Source: Planktothrix sp. GU0601_MAG3 | GTDB taxonomy: Bacteria; Cyanobacteriota; Cyanobacteriia; Cyanobacteriales; Microcoleaceae | Direction of reading: 5' to 3' | Assembly: GCA_035193785.1 (NCBI GenBank) | Contig: CP136572.1 | Span: forward strand, 2,868,578-2,932,577 | Length of the DNA stretch: 64,000 nucleotides | Shown here: in pieces, positions 23,095 to 34,142 of the stretch | How the letters are laid out: every line of letters starts with the position of its first letter | Position numbering within the stretch: position 1 is the first letter of the stretch | Position numbers and translations under genes: made by a program | Notes under the pieces: model-generated | What the model was told of the DNA's origin: nothing | What the model saw: the letters and a program-made list of their open reading frames with translations, nothing else | Database searches by the model: none

Positions 23095-26000
23095 TTAACG
23101 ATGGGGGAATCGACTGCGAATAATACGGTAGAACATAAGCAAAATCATCCCAACGATGGCAAAGGGGAAGGCAAAAACACCCATAATAAAACACAAAATA
23201 AAATTAAATTTGTTGCGTTGGGCGAATTTAACAATTTTTTTCATCCAATTGGGAATAGGGTAAGCATCAAGGGATAAATCTAATTCTTGGTAAATTAATT
23301 GTGCTTGCTGAGAAGCAGCAAATGCTTCTTTGATTCTGCCTATTTTTTGATATAAATTGCCTAAAACGAGTAAAGAATTAGCTTCCTTCCGTCTATCCCC
23401 AATCTCTCGGTCAATTTCCAGAGATTGCTGGTAATAGGATATCGCTTCTTCGTAGCGTCCTAGGGAATTGTAAACATTGCCTAAACCGAATAACGAAATA
23501 GCTACCCCCAATCTATTCCCAATCTCTCGGTAAATTTCCAGAGACTGCTGGTAATAGGATATAGCATCTTCGTAGCGTCCTAGGTTATTGTAAGCACTGC
23601 CTAAATTGTGTAAAGAATTAGCTATCCCCTGTCTATCCCCAATCTCTCGTTGAATTGCCAGAGATTGCTGGTAATAGGATATCGCTTCTTCGTAGCGTCC
23701 TAGGGAATTGGAAACATTGCCTAAACTGTGTAAAGAATTAGCTTCCCCCTGTCTATCCCCAATCTCTCGTCGAATATCCAGAGATTGCTGGCAATAGGAT
23801 ATAGCATCTTCGTAGCGTTTTAGGGAATTGTAAGCATTGCCTAAATTGTGTAAAGAATTAGCTATCCCCTGTCTATCCCCAATCTCTCGGTAAATTTCCA
23901 GAGATTGCTGGTGATAGGATATCGCTTCTTCGTGGTGTCCTAGGGAATTGTAAGCATTGCCTAAACCGTTTAAAGAAGCAGCTACCCCCCCTCTATTCCC
24001 AATCTCTCGTTGAATATCCAGAGATTGCTGGTGATAGGATATAGCATCTTCGTAGCGTCCTAGGGAATAGTAAGCAATGCCTAACGAAGTTAAAGAGGCC
24101 GTATATCGTCGGTCTTGCTTATCGGTCAGATGTTCGATCAATTCCTGATAGAATTCGGCAAGGAGTTGGTTATTACCGCGTAAGTCGAGGAAGTTAGCAA
24201 CACAATTATCGCTATAACTTTCATCCCGAATCACATCAAATGCCGTTTCATATTCCCCCAACTCGCACCAATGATAAAACACCTCCAAATATTCCCGCAC
24301 ATCCTCCACCGTCCGCCACTGGTCACGGGATTTAAACCGACTTTGATAGAATTGAATCGCCTTCTGATGCGCTCCCCTTAAATCCCCCACCCGATACTTG
24401 AGATACTCCAAAATCAAGGGCAAAAACGTATAAATTCCCCTGGTTTCCGATGCCAAAAATCCCCGTTTCCCTAACTCCCGCAATTCCTTATCCGTCACCG
24501 TTTCCCCAGAAATAGCCGTCGCCGTCACCTCATCAAACCCCCAACGCAACACCACCAAGGACAACAACACCCGTTGTAACTTCTCCGATAAATGGTTAAA
24601 ACTGGCATCCAACACCGCCACTAACTGCACCGCCTCCTGACGGTGGAAACCCTGTAACCGCCCCATCAACTCCCTGACATCGGCTATTCCTAACGTGGCT
24701 AAATCCCCAATAGTCGCCCCGACGCCGATTTCCCCATTCAGTAACCCCGCCACCAGTCGCAAGGTCAGAGGATGGCCATTCACCTGAGCCACAAAAGCCC
24801 CTAATTCCGCCTCTGTCCCTCCAATGTCTAAATTTTGAAGTAATTGTCTTCCTTCCGTTGCTGAAAGTCCCTCTAGGGCTAATTCTGAGGGTTTATCCTG
24901 AACTAAATTCGGCACAACTTGGGTTGTCACCAGAATTTCGGTCTGATGACATTTCCCTAGCCAGTGTTGCAAGAAATTCTGATAACCTTCATCCTGAAGC
25001 ACCGATTCCAGATTATCTAATACCAGTAAAAACCGTTGCTGTTGCAGACAGTGGATTAAAACCTCGGTTAAACGAGTTTCTTCAATTTCTTTTAACTGGT
25101 CTGGAGACAGTTTTCCCAACTGAGTTAAAATCCCCTGGGCGACAATCGAGAATAGGGGACGTTGGCTTAAATCTAGCCACAATTTATCAATAAAATCCGT
25201 TCTATCGTTAAAGACTTTGGCCGCCAGGGTTGATTTTCCCATCCCAGCGATCGCCACAATTACACCCAATTTATTATTTTCGTCGTCTAACCAACCGTTA
25301 ACAATGGCTAAATCCGCTTCTCGCCCTTGCCAATACATCACCGCCGGGGGTGTGGTATTTAGACTAAAGGAAATCGCTTGAATTTTCGATTTGTCTCGCT
25401 CAAAAAAGCCGATAATCGTCTCAAAACCCTGTTTCTACGGTTTGTTTTAACTCTTGATTCTGTTCACCAACTTGCGCGAATCCGGCGGTCATTGTTTCTT
25501 GTAAAGTCTGTAATTCCTCTGATAACCAACCCCGCAATTCTTGAATTTGTGTCTGAGTGATTCCCAACTGTTGTAAGACGGCATCAAACCCCGATTCTAT
25601 CTCAGTTCCCAACTGTTTAAATTTAGCTTCTTGACTTTGTTGGAGTTGTTGCTGTAGAGTTTCGATCTGTTGTAACCCAGCAAGAATTGTTTCATTATTG
25701 CCCATTGAGGACGCATTTCTCAAAATTGCCAGGATTTCCCCTAACATGGAAATAGTAAACCCAGCAAAGGCTTTTCCTCCCTCCTCAAAATCAATTTTCA
25801 GCACTTCCCGCAGAGCTTTAGGAAATCCTCGATGGAGATTTTCAGCCAAATCATCAATAATCTCCGCCTCTAGGTTAATCTTGGCTGGATTACACAACTG
25901 ATCCCTAAGAATAATCCGCCAATCTTCTATTGTTAATACTGTTTGCTCAAAAAAATCTTTTCCCTGTTTGGCAAAAAGAGTATTGATCTCCTTTTCCTGT

Positions 26001-26422
26001 AACGGAGTTAATTCATTTAACTCTCGATTATGACTATCATAAATTAGCTTTGTCCACTGTTTTGCCGCATAGGTCGCCAGATGTTCTAATCTGGAGGTGC
26101 GTTGGGGATATTTGCCCGACTCTGCTACAGATCGAATCAACAAACCCACCGCTAACCCTGATGCTTTGATCAGGTCTTCATTAGCAAGGCTATCCTTACT
26201 CTGACGCAGCTTCACACTGAGTTGATCCTGGTGATGGGCAATCATATCAGTAGCAACAACTCCACTAGCAATACCCGTGATTATTGCTCCAACACCCGTA
26301 GCGACGGTGCCCGCAGCAGCAAGAGCAGGGATAATAATTGGGCACATCGTCCCACCCACAGCAATAACACTAAAGGTCAACAAACGCATATTGCGTTGAC
26401 TAACTAAATCGGGAATTCCCAC
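23095..26422 (-). CDS. STAND (NB-ARC-like) NTPase with C-terminal TPR repeats, ~1108 aa after repairing 1 frameshift
   Basis: Walker A AGMGKST, Walker B LLVLDNLE, GHPLTL motif, 40-aa TPR repeats; ORF 25421-26422 joins at GTTTC 25431. Confidence 0.85.
23360..24090 (-). repeat. 120-bp coding tandem repeats (TPR units)
   Basis: About six near-identical 120-bp units, in register at 23401, 23521, 23641, 23761, 23881 and 24001. Confidence 0.9.
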
Positions 26423-26553
26423 GTTCTCACCCCTGAGCTAGATTGACTTAATTATAGGGGAAGGGGCAATAGGGAATAGGGCAAAACCGATCAAAAGTGT
26501 GGTATCCTAAGTGATTGTGGAAATTTACGGATCATCTCTGAGATTCAACAACT

Positions 26554-26823
26554 ATGGCTCTCACACAGCAGCGTAAACAAGAAATCATGTCCGAGCACCA
26601 AACCCATGAAACCGACACCGGTTCCTGCGAGGTGCAAGTGGCTATGCTAACCGAACGGATTAGCAAACTCAGCGAACACTTAAAAATCAATAAAAAAGAT
26701 CACGCCTCTCGCCGTGGACTTTTACAAATTATTAGTCGTCGCAAACGCCTATTAAGCTTTTTGCAACGGCAAGATAAAGCCCGTTACCAAGCCTTAATCG
26801 CTCGTTTAGGGATTCGGGGCTAG
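26554..26823 (+). CDS. rpsO: 30S ribosomal protein S15
   Basis: DTGSCEVQVAMLT and KKDHASRRGL motifs; 89 aa. Confidence 0.98.
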   Translation: MALTQQRKQEIMSEHQTHETDTGSCEVQVAMLTERISKLSEHLKINKKDHASRRGLLQIISRRKRLLSFLQRQDKARYQALIARLGIRG

Positions 26824-26911
26824 GATTTTTCAGGCGTTCTCCGAACCCCTGAGTCTGAAATTCCCAACCCCAAGCTTTCCTCCTGCATTTCCAGACCCAT
26901 TCTCTGAACCT

Positions 26912-27448
26912 ATGTCCTCTGAACGTCCGACCGCACGGCCCGCCTTTGAACCCAAGAAGAATCGCAAAAAAACCGATAAAGCGACTTCTAATCCCCCAAC
27001 AAAGGCAACTTCAGACCCGAAACCAACAAAACCTAATCAGAAAGTTAAGGCAACTCCTAAGTCTCCTAAGCCTGAAGCCAAAAATCAGAAGGAGACTAAA
27101 CGCACCCGCACCCGGGAAGAAACAGCAATTCCTGAGAAAGTCAGTCAACGGATGCTCTCTCGGATGGTGGTTTTAGCTGGAATTCCTTTGTTCCTGGGTT
27201 TGGGAAGCTTCATCGGCAGTTACTTCATCATTACTCAAGATTTGCTCGTCCTTCCCAATACGGCCGTGGTGATTTTGAGTATGGGATGTTTTGGATTAAG
27301 TGTCCTAGGGTTAAGCTATGGGGTGCTGTCCGCATCCTGGGACGAGAACGCCCCGGGTAGTGTTCTGGGCTGGCAGGAATTCCAACTGAATTTAGGGCGA
27401 ATGCAGGACGGATGGAAAGCTGCAAAGCAAAAAAAGCAGAAAAATTAA
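26912..27448 (+). CDS. PAM68-family photosystem II assembly factor
   Basis: IPEKVSQRM, two TM helices, YGVLSASWD; follows rpsO as usual in cyanobacteria. Confidence 0.88.
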   Translation: MSSERPTARPAFEPKKNRKKTDKATSNPPTKATSDPKPTKPNQKVKATPKSPKPEAKNQKETKRTRTREETAIPEKVSQRMLSRMVVLAGIPLFLGLGSFIGSYFIITQDLLVLPNTAVVILSMGCFGLSVLGLSYGVLSASWDENAPGSVLGWQEFQLNLGRMQDGWKAAKQKKQKN

Positions 27449-27568
27449 GAATTCAAAAGTTTGTGTCCAAAACTGAATTGTTATACGCTAAATTAGCTTT
27501 AACTCGGGCTGTATTTTCTTAGACAATTTCAGCTTTTTAAATTTGATCGATCGATCAAAACAGGAGAA

Positions 27569-28631
27569 ATGATTATAGTAATGAAAGTCGGCACACCAGA
27601 AGCCGAAATTGAACGTTTAAGTGAAGATCTCAAAACCAGTTGGGGTTTATCACCGGAGAAAATTGTCGGTAAACACAAGGTTGTGATGGGGTTAGTCGGT
27701 GAAACTGCCGATCTCGACCCTTTACAACTACGGGAAATGAGTCCTTTCATTGAGGACGTCATGCGGGTGGAAAAACCCTATAAACGGGTGAGTCGCGCCT
27801 ACCGTCATGGAGAAGCCAGTGAAGTTACTGTCCCCACTCCCGCCGGAAATGTTACCTTCAGCGAACATCATCCCCTAGTCGTTGTGGCTGGCCCTTGCTC
27901 CGTGGAAAACGAGGAGATGATTGTTGAAACCGCCAAACGAGTTAAAGCCGCTGGGGCTAAATTCCTGCGCGGAGGTGCTTTCAAACCTCGGACATCTCCC
28001 TACGCCTTTCAAGGACATGGGGAAAGTGCATTAGGGTTATTAGCTGCGGCTCGGGACGCAACCGGATTAGGTATTATTACCGAGTTAATGGATGCCGAAG
28101 ACCTGGAAAAATTAGGGGAAGTTGCCGATATTATTCAAATTGGCGCCCGCAATATGCAGAACTTTTCCCTACTGAAAAAAGTAGGAGCGCAAAACAAACC
28201 CGTATTACTCAAGCGGGGAATGGCTGCCACCATTGAAGAATGGTTAATGGCGGCGGAATATATCCTAGCGGGTGGCAACCCTAACGTGATTTTATGCGAA
28301 CGGGGAATTCGCACCTTTGATCGTCAGTATGCCCGTAATACCTTGGATTTATCCGTCTTACCTGTGTTGCGATCGCTCACCCACCTGCCAATTATGATCG
28401 ATCCCAGCCATGGTGTCGGTGTGGCAGAATATGTTCCCTCCATGGCCATGGCTGCCATTGCCGCCGGGACAGACTCCCTAATGATTGAAGTCCATCCCAA
28501 TCCGGCTAAAGCCCTATCCGATGGCCCTCAATCCCTTACCCCAGAACGGTTTGACCGCTTAATGCAGGAAACTGTCTGTCATTGGTGAAGCCGTTGGTCG
28601 TTGGCCGAAAGAACTGGCCGTTGTCGGTTAA
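27569..28631 (+). CDS. aroF: 3-deoxy-7-phosphoheptulonate (DAHP) synthase, ~353 aa after repairing 1 frameshift
   Basis: [22 protein letters not shown] and DPSHG motifs; repair at GAAAC 28568 extends to TAA 28631. Confidence 0.95.
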
Positions 28632-28656
28632 TTTTTTGTCAAAAGTTGAAAACTTG

Positions 28657-28690
28657 ACAAGGGCGTTTGTAGCAAACGCCTTTGTTTTTT
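28657..28690 (+). terminator. Rho-independent terminator
   Basis: GGCGTTTG-TAG-CAAACGCC stem followed by a T tract. Confidence 0.75.
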
Positions 28691-28753
28691 GCTATTTATA
28701 TATAATAATGTAGTGACTGTGATCAAGTCCCGACAAAAATTATTTCTTCAGGA

Positions 28754-29632
28754 GTGAATTTGCCAATGTCTAATCTCTGTAAAACGGTTTTTTTGGGGAC
28801 GGCGATCGCATTAACCCTAAATGGGGGTGAACTTTTAGCTCAAGAATTATCCCCGGAATCCTCCCTAGAAAATCTTGTTACATCTTCACTAGAAATTGCT
28901 TCCGAAACCATCTTAGAAACATCTGATTCTAACCCAAATCAATTGGCTTTTGAAGCTACAGAAATGAATAATTCAGAGAATATTATTCAACAGCAACCCC
29001 AAACTTTATCGGAAGTTGAAAATAATTTTCCTTCAACCCAAGCAGCCGATTTAAGTAATAATTGGATGGAGCGAGTGGAGTGGAATATTTCTCAAAATCC
29101 AGATCAATCTTTACCCGTTGCTCAACAACAAAACTCAGAAGAAAAACCGGAAGATCCGCGTAAAGCCGCCGATGCTAATGGTCGTCGTTTAAGTAATAAC
29201 TATAGTTATATTGGAATTGGAGGTAATATTGGGATCACAGGAGATGGATCAGGTTTAGGGAATGGTGGTTTAATGACCCTTTCAAAAACCGGATTTTCGG
29301 AAAATGTTTCCCTACATTCCAGTGGAATTTTGATTGGAAGTGATAGTGCGAGCCTAGTTCATTTAACTGCTGATTTTCCGATCAGAAGTGAAACAAATGC
29401 TGTTCGTTTCTCACCCTTTGTAGGAGCCGGAGTTATCTACAAAGATTTATTTAATAGTGACATTAGTTTCGGCCCTTCAGCGACCGTGGGAATTGATATT
29501 CCTATTTCCTATAGTTTCTTAATTACCGGACGTGCTAGTGTCGGATATATTAGAGAAGAAACGGATTTTGGGATTCAAGTTGGTTTTAGTTATGTCTATA
29601 CCAAAGGGTTACTGGGTTTAATTTTTAAGTAA
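28754..29632 (+). CDS. Secreted protein with a C-terminal outer-membrane beta-barrel-like domain
   Basis: Signal peptide, low-complexity linker, YIGIGGNIG and SPFVGAGV amphipathic strands. Confidence 0.6.
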   Translation: MNLPMSNLCKTVFLGTAIALTLNGGELLAQELSPESSLENLVTSSLEIASETILETSDSNPNQLAFEATEMNNSENIIQQQPQTLSEVENNFPSTQAADLSNNWMERVEWNISQNPDQSLPVAQQQNSEEKPEDPRKAADANGRRLSNNYSYIGIGGNIGITGDGSGLGNGGLMTLSKTGFSENVSLHSSGILIGSDSASLVHLTADFPIRSETNAVRFSPFVGAGVIYKDLFNSDISFGPSATVGIDIPISYSFLITGRASVGYIREETDFGIQVGFSYVYTKGLLGLIFK

Positions 29633-29691
29633 TTTTCCAGAATATAGGATTTTTTTAAATGGGGATATTATGACAATTATTGCCACAATAT

Positions 29692-29810
29692 CCCCATTAC
29701 CCATTCCCCATTACCCATTACCCATTCCCCATTACCCATTACCCATTACCCATTACCCATTACCCATTACCCATTACCCATTACCCATTACCCATTACCC
29801 ATTCCCCATT
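29692..29810. repeat. Heptamer STRR (CCCATTA/CCCATTC)n
   Basis: About 17 tandem heptamers between convergent genes. Confidence 0.95.
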
Positions 29811-29812
29811 CC

Positions 29813-30917
29813 CTACTCACTATCTTGATTTTTTTGGATTAACGCATCAGATTCTTCGACCATAGTTTTTAATAGTTGATTTAGTAATACCAAATTATCG
29901 GAAGATAGGTGAGTCATAGCCAGACGGATATTAAGTTTCACTTAGTTTATTTTGAAGTTGCTGTGTTAGTCGTAAAGCATCTAAACTTAACTTAGATAAC
30001 TGTTGTTTTTGATAAAACTTTAAAGCAGCACCGCGTAAAACCTGTAGGTTAGCTTCTTCTCCCAAGGGTGCTGGATTAACTCTTAAACGCAGTAAAAGAT
30101 GGGTATTTTGATAAAGCCATTCCCTCTCAACTTGTTGCGGTTTATCTACAGGAATTAATGGTAATTCTACTAACATTTTTAGTTCATTAATAACTCCCTT
30201 AAATTGCTGATCATCTAACCCGGTAACGACGGATTGTAAAACGCCATCCTGACTCCACAAAATTCGGCCTAAATTAGCCTCTTGACGTTCAAAATAAAGC
30301 CGTCCAATCCCCCCCATTAAAACTCGTCCTAAAAGTTCTTGTAATAATTCATGGGGAGATAACATCGATAAAACTTCTATCGGACTTTCTAAATAATTCG
30401 TTTTTACCTGTAAAACCGATAGGGGATTTGAATAATTCGGGGGAGTTGATTCTACAAATTCAGGCGAGGATTTTTCAAACTTTGAAGTTAATAAATTTGA
30501 ATTGACTGGTGCTAAAGAAATAACTGGCTCTATTTCCACAACTTTTGGAGAGGGAACAGAAGTCGAGATATCAGAACTTGAAACAGGAGTTGGTGATGAT
30601 TTTTTCTGTTCAGAAAATTGGCTGATTGTTTCAATATCTATTGTCGAAGATTCATCGGCTTTAACCTGTTGAGTATGATAGAGATAGGCTGATAAAATAG
30701 AACGTTGCTCCTCCGAATAAATCACCTGACTGATGATGGAGCAATTCATATAGGATACGATCTTCTGCACATATTCTAAGGCGGATTGATCCTCCGAATC
30801 AACAACACCTAAATATAAATAATTCTCTTTGAGACATAAAGGTAAAATTTGGTAATGCAAGCAAACTTCTAGCGGTAAGATACTGTCAATTAAGGCAAAA
30901 ATTTGCTGCGCTTCCAA
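29813..30917 (-). CDS. GspE/PilB N-terminal-domain protein without an ATPase domain
   Basis: LPLEVCLHYQILPL and GEEANLQVLRG segments; repair at GTTTC 29935 extends to TAG 29813; true start may be ATG 30955. Confidence 0.65.
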
Positions 30918-31234
30918 TGGAAAACTGTTCCAGTAGCTTCAGATTTAGCTAACATTTTTTATGATTTAATTTAGTGTCCTAGTCCAATATTCTTTGGTTT
31001 AGAGCTAAGTTCAGTATGAATTAGCTGCACATTAAAAGGGCACCCCGATGGCAACTCCATATCTGCAACCGTTGAGGAATGAAGATAAGGACATTAGTAA
31101 TGGTTATCGATATAAGTTAAGTCTAACAGTTTTTGCGTAAACTATCTACAGAACTTCCGTGACATGGCTAAACTCCTGGGGGCGGAAACTGGCGATACCG
31201 ACGGGTGGCGGCTACGCCATCGCCATTTGAAACC

Positions 31235-32081
31235 CTACTGTTTACCATCATCATACTTATAAATAATATCCATCGGGTCAGTTTTTAAGCTAATTCCTTC
31301 CTGTCTGACTTTAAGATCATAATAAAGAACTCCAGCAATTGATTGCCAAAATGGAAGAAATAAAGCTCCAATAATGATATTGATCGCTATAGAAAATAAA
31401 TTCACAATCAGTTTATAAGTGTAGGAATCCGGGCTAACTATAATGCCAAAAGCCAGTTGCATAAATATCACAATAAATAGCAGTAAAATCGAAAAAGGAA
31501 GGACAATCAAAAATCCTATAAACAGAATCCCTTGAATTCGCAATACCGATCCTTTGGTTAATTTCCAACTGCGACTAATTGCTGCTATTACGGTCATATT
31601 ATCTTCAACAGCCAAGGGTAAAGCCGCAATAAAAATTCGAGCAACCAGCCCAATATAAGCAAATAAAATAGCAATAAAAAACACAAAACCTATTAAGTAT
31701 ATAATCGCGCTATCTTCTCCTAAAATAGCCACCACGAGACCAAAGGAAATTACCCAGACTAAAATTAATCCTAAAAGTCCCCCCATTAAAATTAAGCCCA
31801 CCAGAATTCCTTGCCCTAAAAAGCTCCACATTCTTCGCTCAACACGAGGATGAGCTTCTGAAATAGCTTCGGGTCGTTTCTAAGGTTTCATAATAGGCTA
31901 AACGGCTAATTAATCCAGAAAGGGCTAAACATTTAGCCCAGCCATAAATGGGAACAATTGACCAACAATAGGCTTGCAGGGCAATATTAAAATAAGATTT
32001 AAAATGATCTCGATAGATGCGTAACCCGGCACTAATGACTCCCAGGATGCTGAGGGAGCCAACGGTTTGATTTTTAGACAT
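31235..32081 (-). CDS. Integral membrane protein, ~281 aa after repairing 1 frameshift
   Basis: AISRSWKLTKG and YYDLKVRQEG motifs, several TM helices; pieces join at GTTTC 31876. Confidence 0.75.
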
Positions 32082-32174
32082 AGTTGTAAGATGATGTGAC
32101 AAACAAGCTGATTTTCCCGTTATCTTAAACCACAATCCTCAAAATCTCCAAAATTCTATAAATATTAAACCCTG

Positions 32175-32858
32175 GTGAGGAAAACGAGAAAAACACGGGA
32201 AACAATCATGAATCAATCCGTCAAAGTTAATAAAAACAGTGCCATGGTTAGAGGAAAAAGTTTTAGAAAACATTTGACAGCAGTTATTTTCGGGACAACT
32301 TTACTGGTCGGGGGAATCACAAAACAGACCCCAGCCCTATCTGTTCAGCCCCAAAACCCCATTCTCCTAGCTCCATCCCCGGTTAAATTATTAACTCCGA
32401 ACACGCCTAAATTTGCGACTTCTAATTTATTTCCCCGACCAAATAACCGATTTAGTCAACCAATTGAAACTAATTTGAAAGTAGTGATTAAATTAAATCA
32501 ACGCCGTGTTTATATCTATCAAAATCAACAACTAAAAACCAGCTATCCCATCGCCGTCGGTCGAGAAGGTTGGGAAACCCCCGTTGGTGAATATCAAGTT
32601 ATCGAAATGATTTCCCAACCCACTTGGGAACATCCCTTTACCGGAGATATTATTCCTCCAGGGCCAGATAATCCTTTAGGAGAGCGTTGGATTGGCTTTT
32701 GGACAGACGGAAAAAACCATATTGGCTTCCATGGTACTCCTAATACCGAAAGCGTTGGACAAGCCGCGTCGCACGGTTGTATTCGGATGTTTAATCAAGA
32801 TGTTCTGACTCTATTTCAGATAGTAAAAATTGGAACTCCTGTAATAGTCGAACCGTGA
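32175..32858 (+). CDS. L,D-transpeptidase (YkuD family)
   Basis: YPIAVG, NPLGERWIG, IGFHGT and SHGCIRM motifs. Confidence 0.92.
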   Translation: MRKTRKTRETIMNQSVKVNKNSAMVRGKSFRKHLTAVIFGTTLLVGGITKQTPALSVQPQNPILLAPSPVKLLTPNTPKFATSNLFPRPNNRFSQPIETNLKVVIKLNQRRVYIYQNQQLKTSYPIAVGREGWETPVGEYQVIEMISQPTWEHPFTGDIIPPGPDNPLGERWIGFWTDGKNHIGFHGTPNTESVGQAASHGCIRMFNQDVLTLFQIVKIGTPVIVEP

Positions 32859-32895
32859 AAAAAAATTAATCTTTTGATTTAAAAAATACAGTAAA

Positions 32896-33550
32896 CTGAA
32901 CACGGATTAAGGAGATTGCACGGATTACACAGATTTTTAGGATCACCTAAATCCGTGGAATCGGCGTAATCTGCCTAATTTGTGCTGAATACTGGTTAAT
33001 CCCAACTCTGAAACACGGATTAAGGAGATTACACGGATTACACAGATTTTTAGGATCACCTAAATCCGTGGAATCGGCGTAATCTGCCTAATTTGTGCTG
33101 AATACTGGTTAATCCCAACTCTGAACACGGATTAAGGAGATTACACGGATTACACAGATTTTTAGGATCACCTAAATCCGTGGAATCGGCGTAATCTGCC
33201 TGATTTGTGCTGAATACTGGTTAATCCCAACTCTGAACACGGATTAAGGAGATTACACGGATTACACAGATTTTTAGGATCACCTAAATCCGTGGAATCG
33301 GCGTAATCTGCCTAATTTGTGCTGAATACTGGTTAATCCCAACTCTGAACACGGATTAAGGAGATTACACGGATTACACAGATTTTTAGGATCACCTAAA
33401 TCCGTGGAATCGGCGTAATCTGCCTAATTTGTGCTGAATACTGGTTAATCCCAACTCTGAACACGGATTAAGGAGATTGCACGGATTACACAGATTTTTA
33501 GGATCACCCAAATCCGTGAAATTAGCGTAATCCGCCTAATCCGTGTTCAG
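32896..33550. repeat. Tandem array of 112-bp palindromic units (5 full units + 94-bp terminal hairpin)
   Basis: Units start with CTGAAC at 32896, 33008 (CTGAAAC), 33121, 33233, 33345 and 33457; near-identical, no variable spacers. Confidence 0.97.
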
Positions 33551-33932
33551 AATTTTGTCCGCGTATTAGTCTTTTAAATTCCAAACTTTTACTTCCGAAA
33601 TTAATTAATAGTCCGACATCGAGTTTATAAACTTTGAGATAGTTTAATGCTTGGGCAAAGTGTACATCTTCTAGTTGTTTAGTTGCTTTTAGTTCGACTA
33701 ATATTTTATCTTCAACCACAAAATCAGCGCGGCGCGTACCGATTGGTTCGGGTAGGTTCTTGTAATAGATTTGTTGTTCGATTTCTCTGGCAAAGGTTAA
33801 TCCCGCTTGATAAAATTCATAGGCCAGGGCGCGTTGATATATTACTTCTTGAAAGCCATTACCAAGAAACTTATGGACTTCAAAGGATGCACCGATAATT
33901 TTTTGGGTGATGTCTTGGTATTTTAACTCCAT
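33522..33932 (-). CDS. GxxExxY protein (PD-(D/E)xK nuclease-like)
   Basis: GFQEVIY motif and RADFVVEDKILVELKA core; 136 aa. Confidence 0.92.
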   Translation of the reverse strand: MELKYQDITQKIIGASFEVHKFLGNGFQEVIYQRALAYEFYQAGLTFAREIEQQIYYKNLPEPIGTRRADFVVEDKILVELKATKQLEDVHFAQALNYLKVYKLDVGLLINFGSKSLEFKRLIRGQNSEHGLGGLR

Positions 33933-33938
33933 AGTATT

Positions 33939-34059
33939 TGAACACGGATTAGAACGCGGATTATAGGGATTACGCTGATTTCACAGATTTTGATTATTTA
34001 TTACTATAGCAGACAACCTAATCCGCGCCATCTGTGTAATCCGCTTAATCCGTGTTCAG
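33939..34059. repeat. Palindromic repeat of the same family on the 5' side of the GxxExxY gene
   Basis: TGAACACGGATTA (33939-33951) and TAATCCGTGTTCA (34046-34058), with internal 9-bp-period GATT/AATC motifs. Confidence 0.9.
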
Positions 34060-34142
34060 CCTGTATTAATTTCCTAAATTTACAATTATCAACTCCCACA
34101 ATAAGGTAAACTCAATACTGATTAATGTAAGCTCCACTTTTC

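Noticed and set aside
29680..29865. ORF rich in PITHY repeats (likewise 47787-48014 and 38537-38758)
   Set aside because: Translations of short tandem repeats, not credible proteins.
30960..31234. Possible ncRNA in an intergenic region with a GC-rich patch
   Set aside because: No recognisable RNA family motif or convincing long stem.
32896..33550. CRISPR array
   Set aside because: Units are 112 bp and essentially identical, with no unique spacers and no cas genes in the window.
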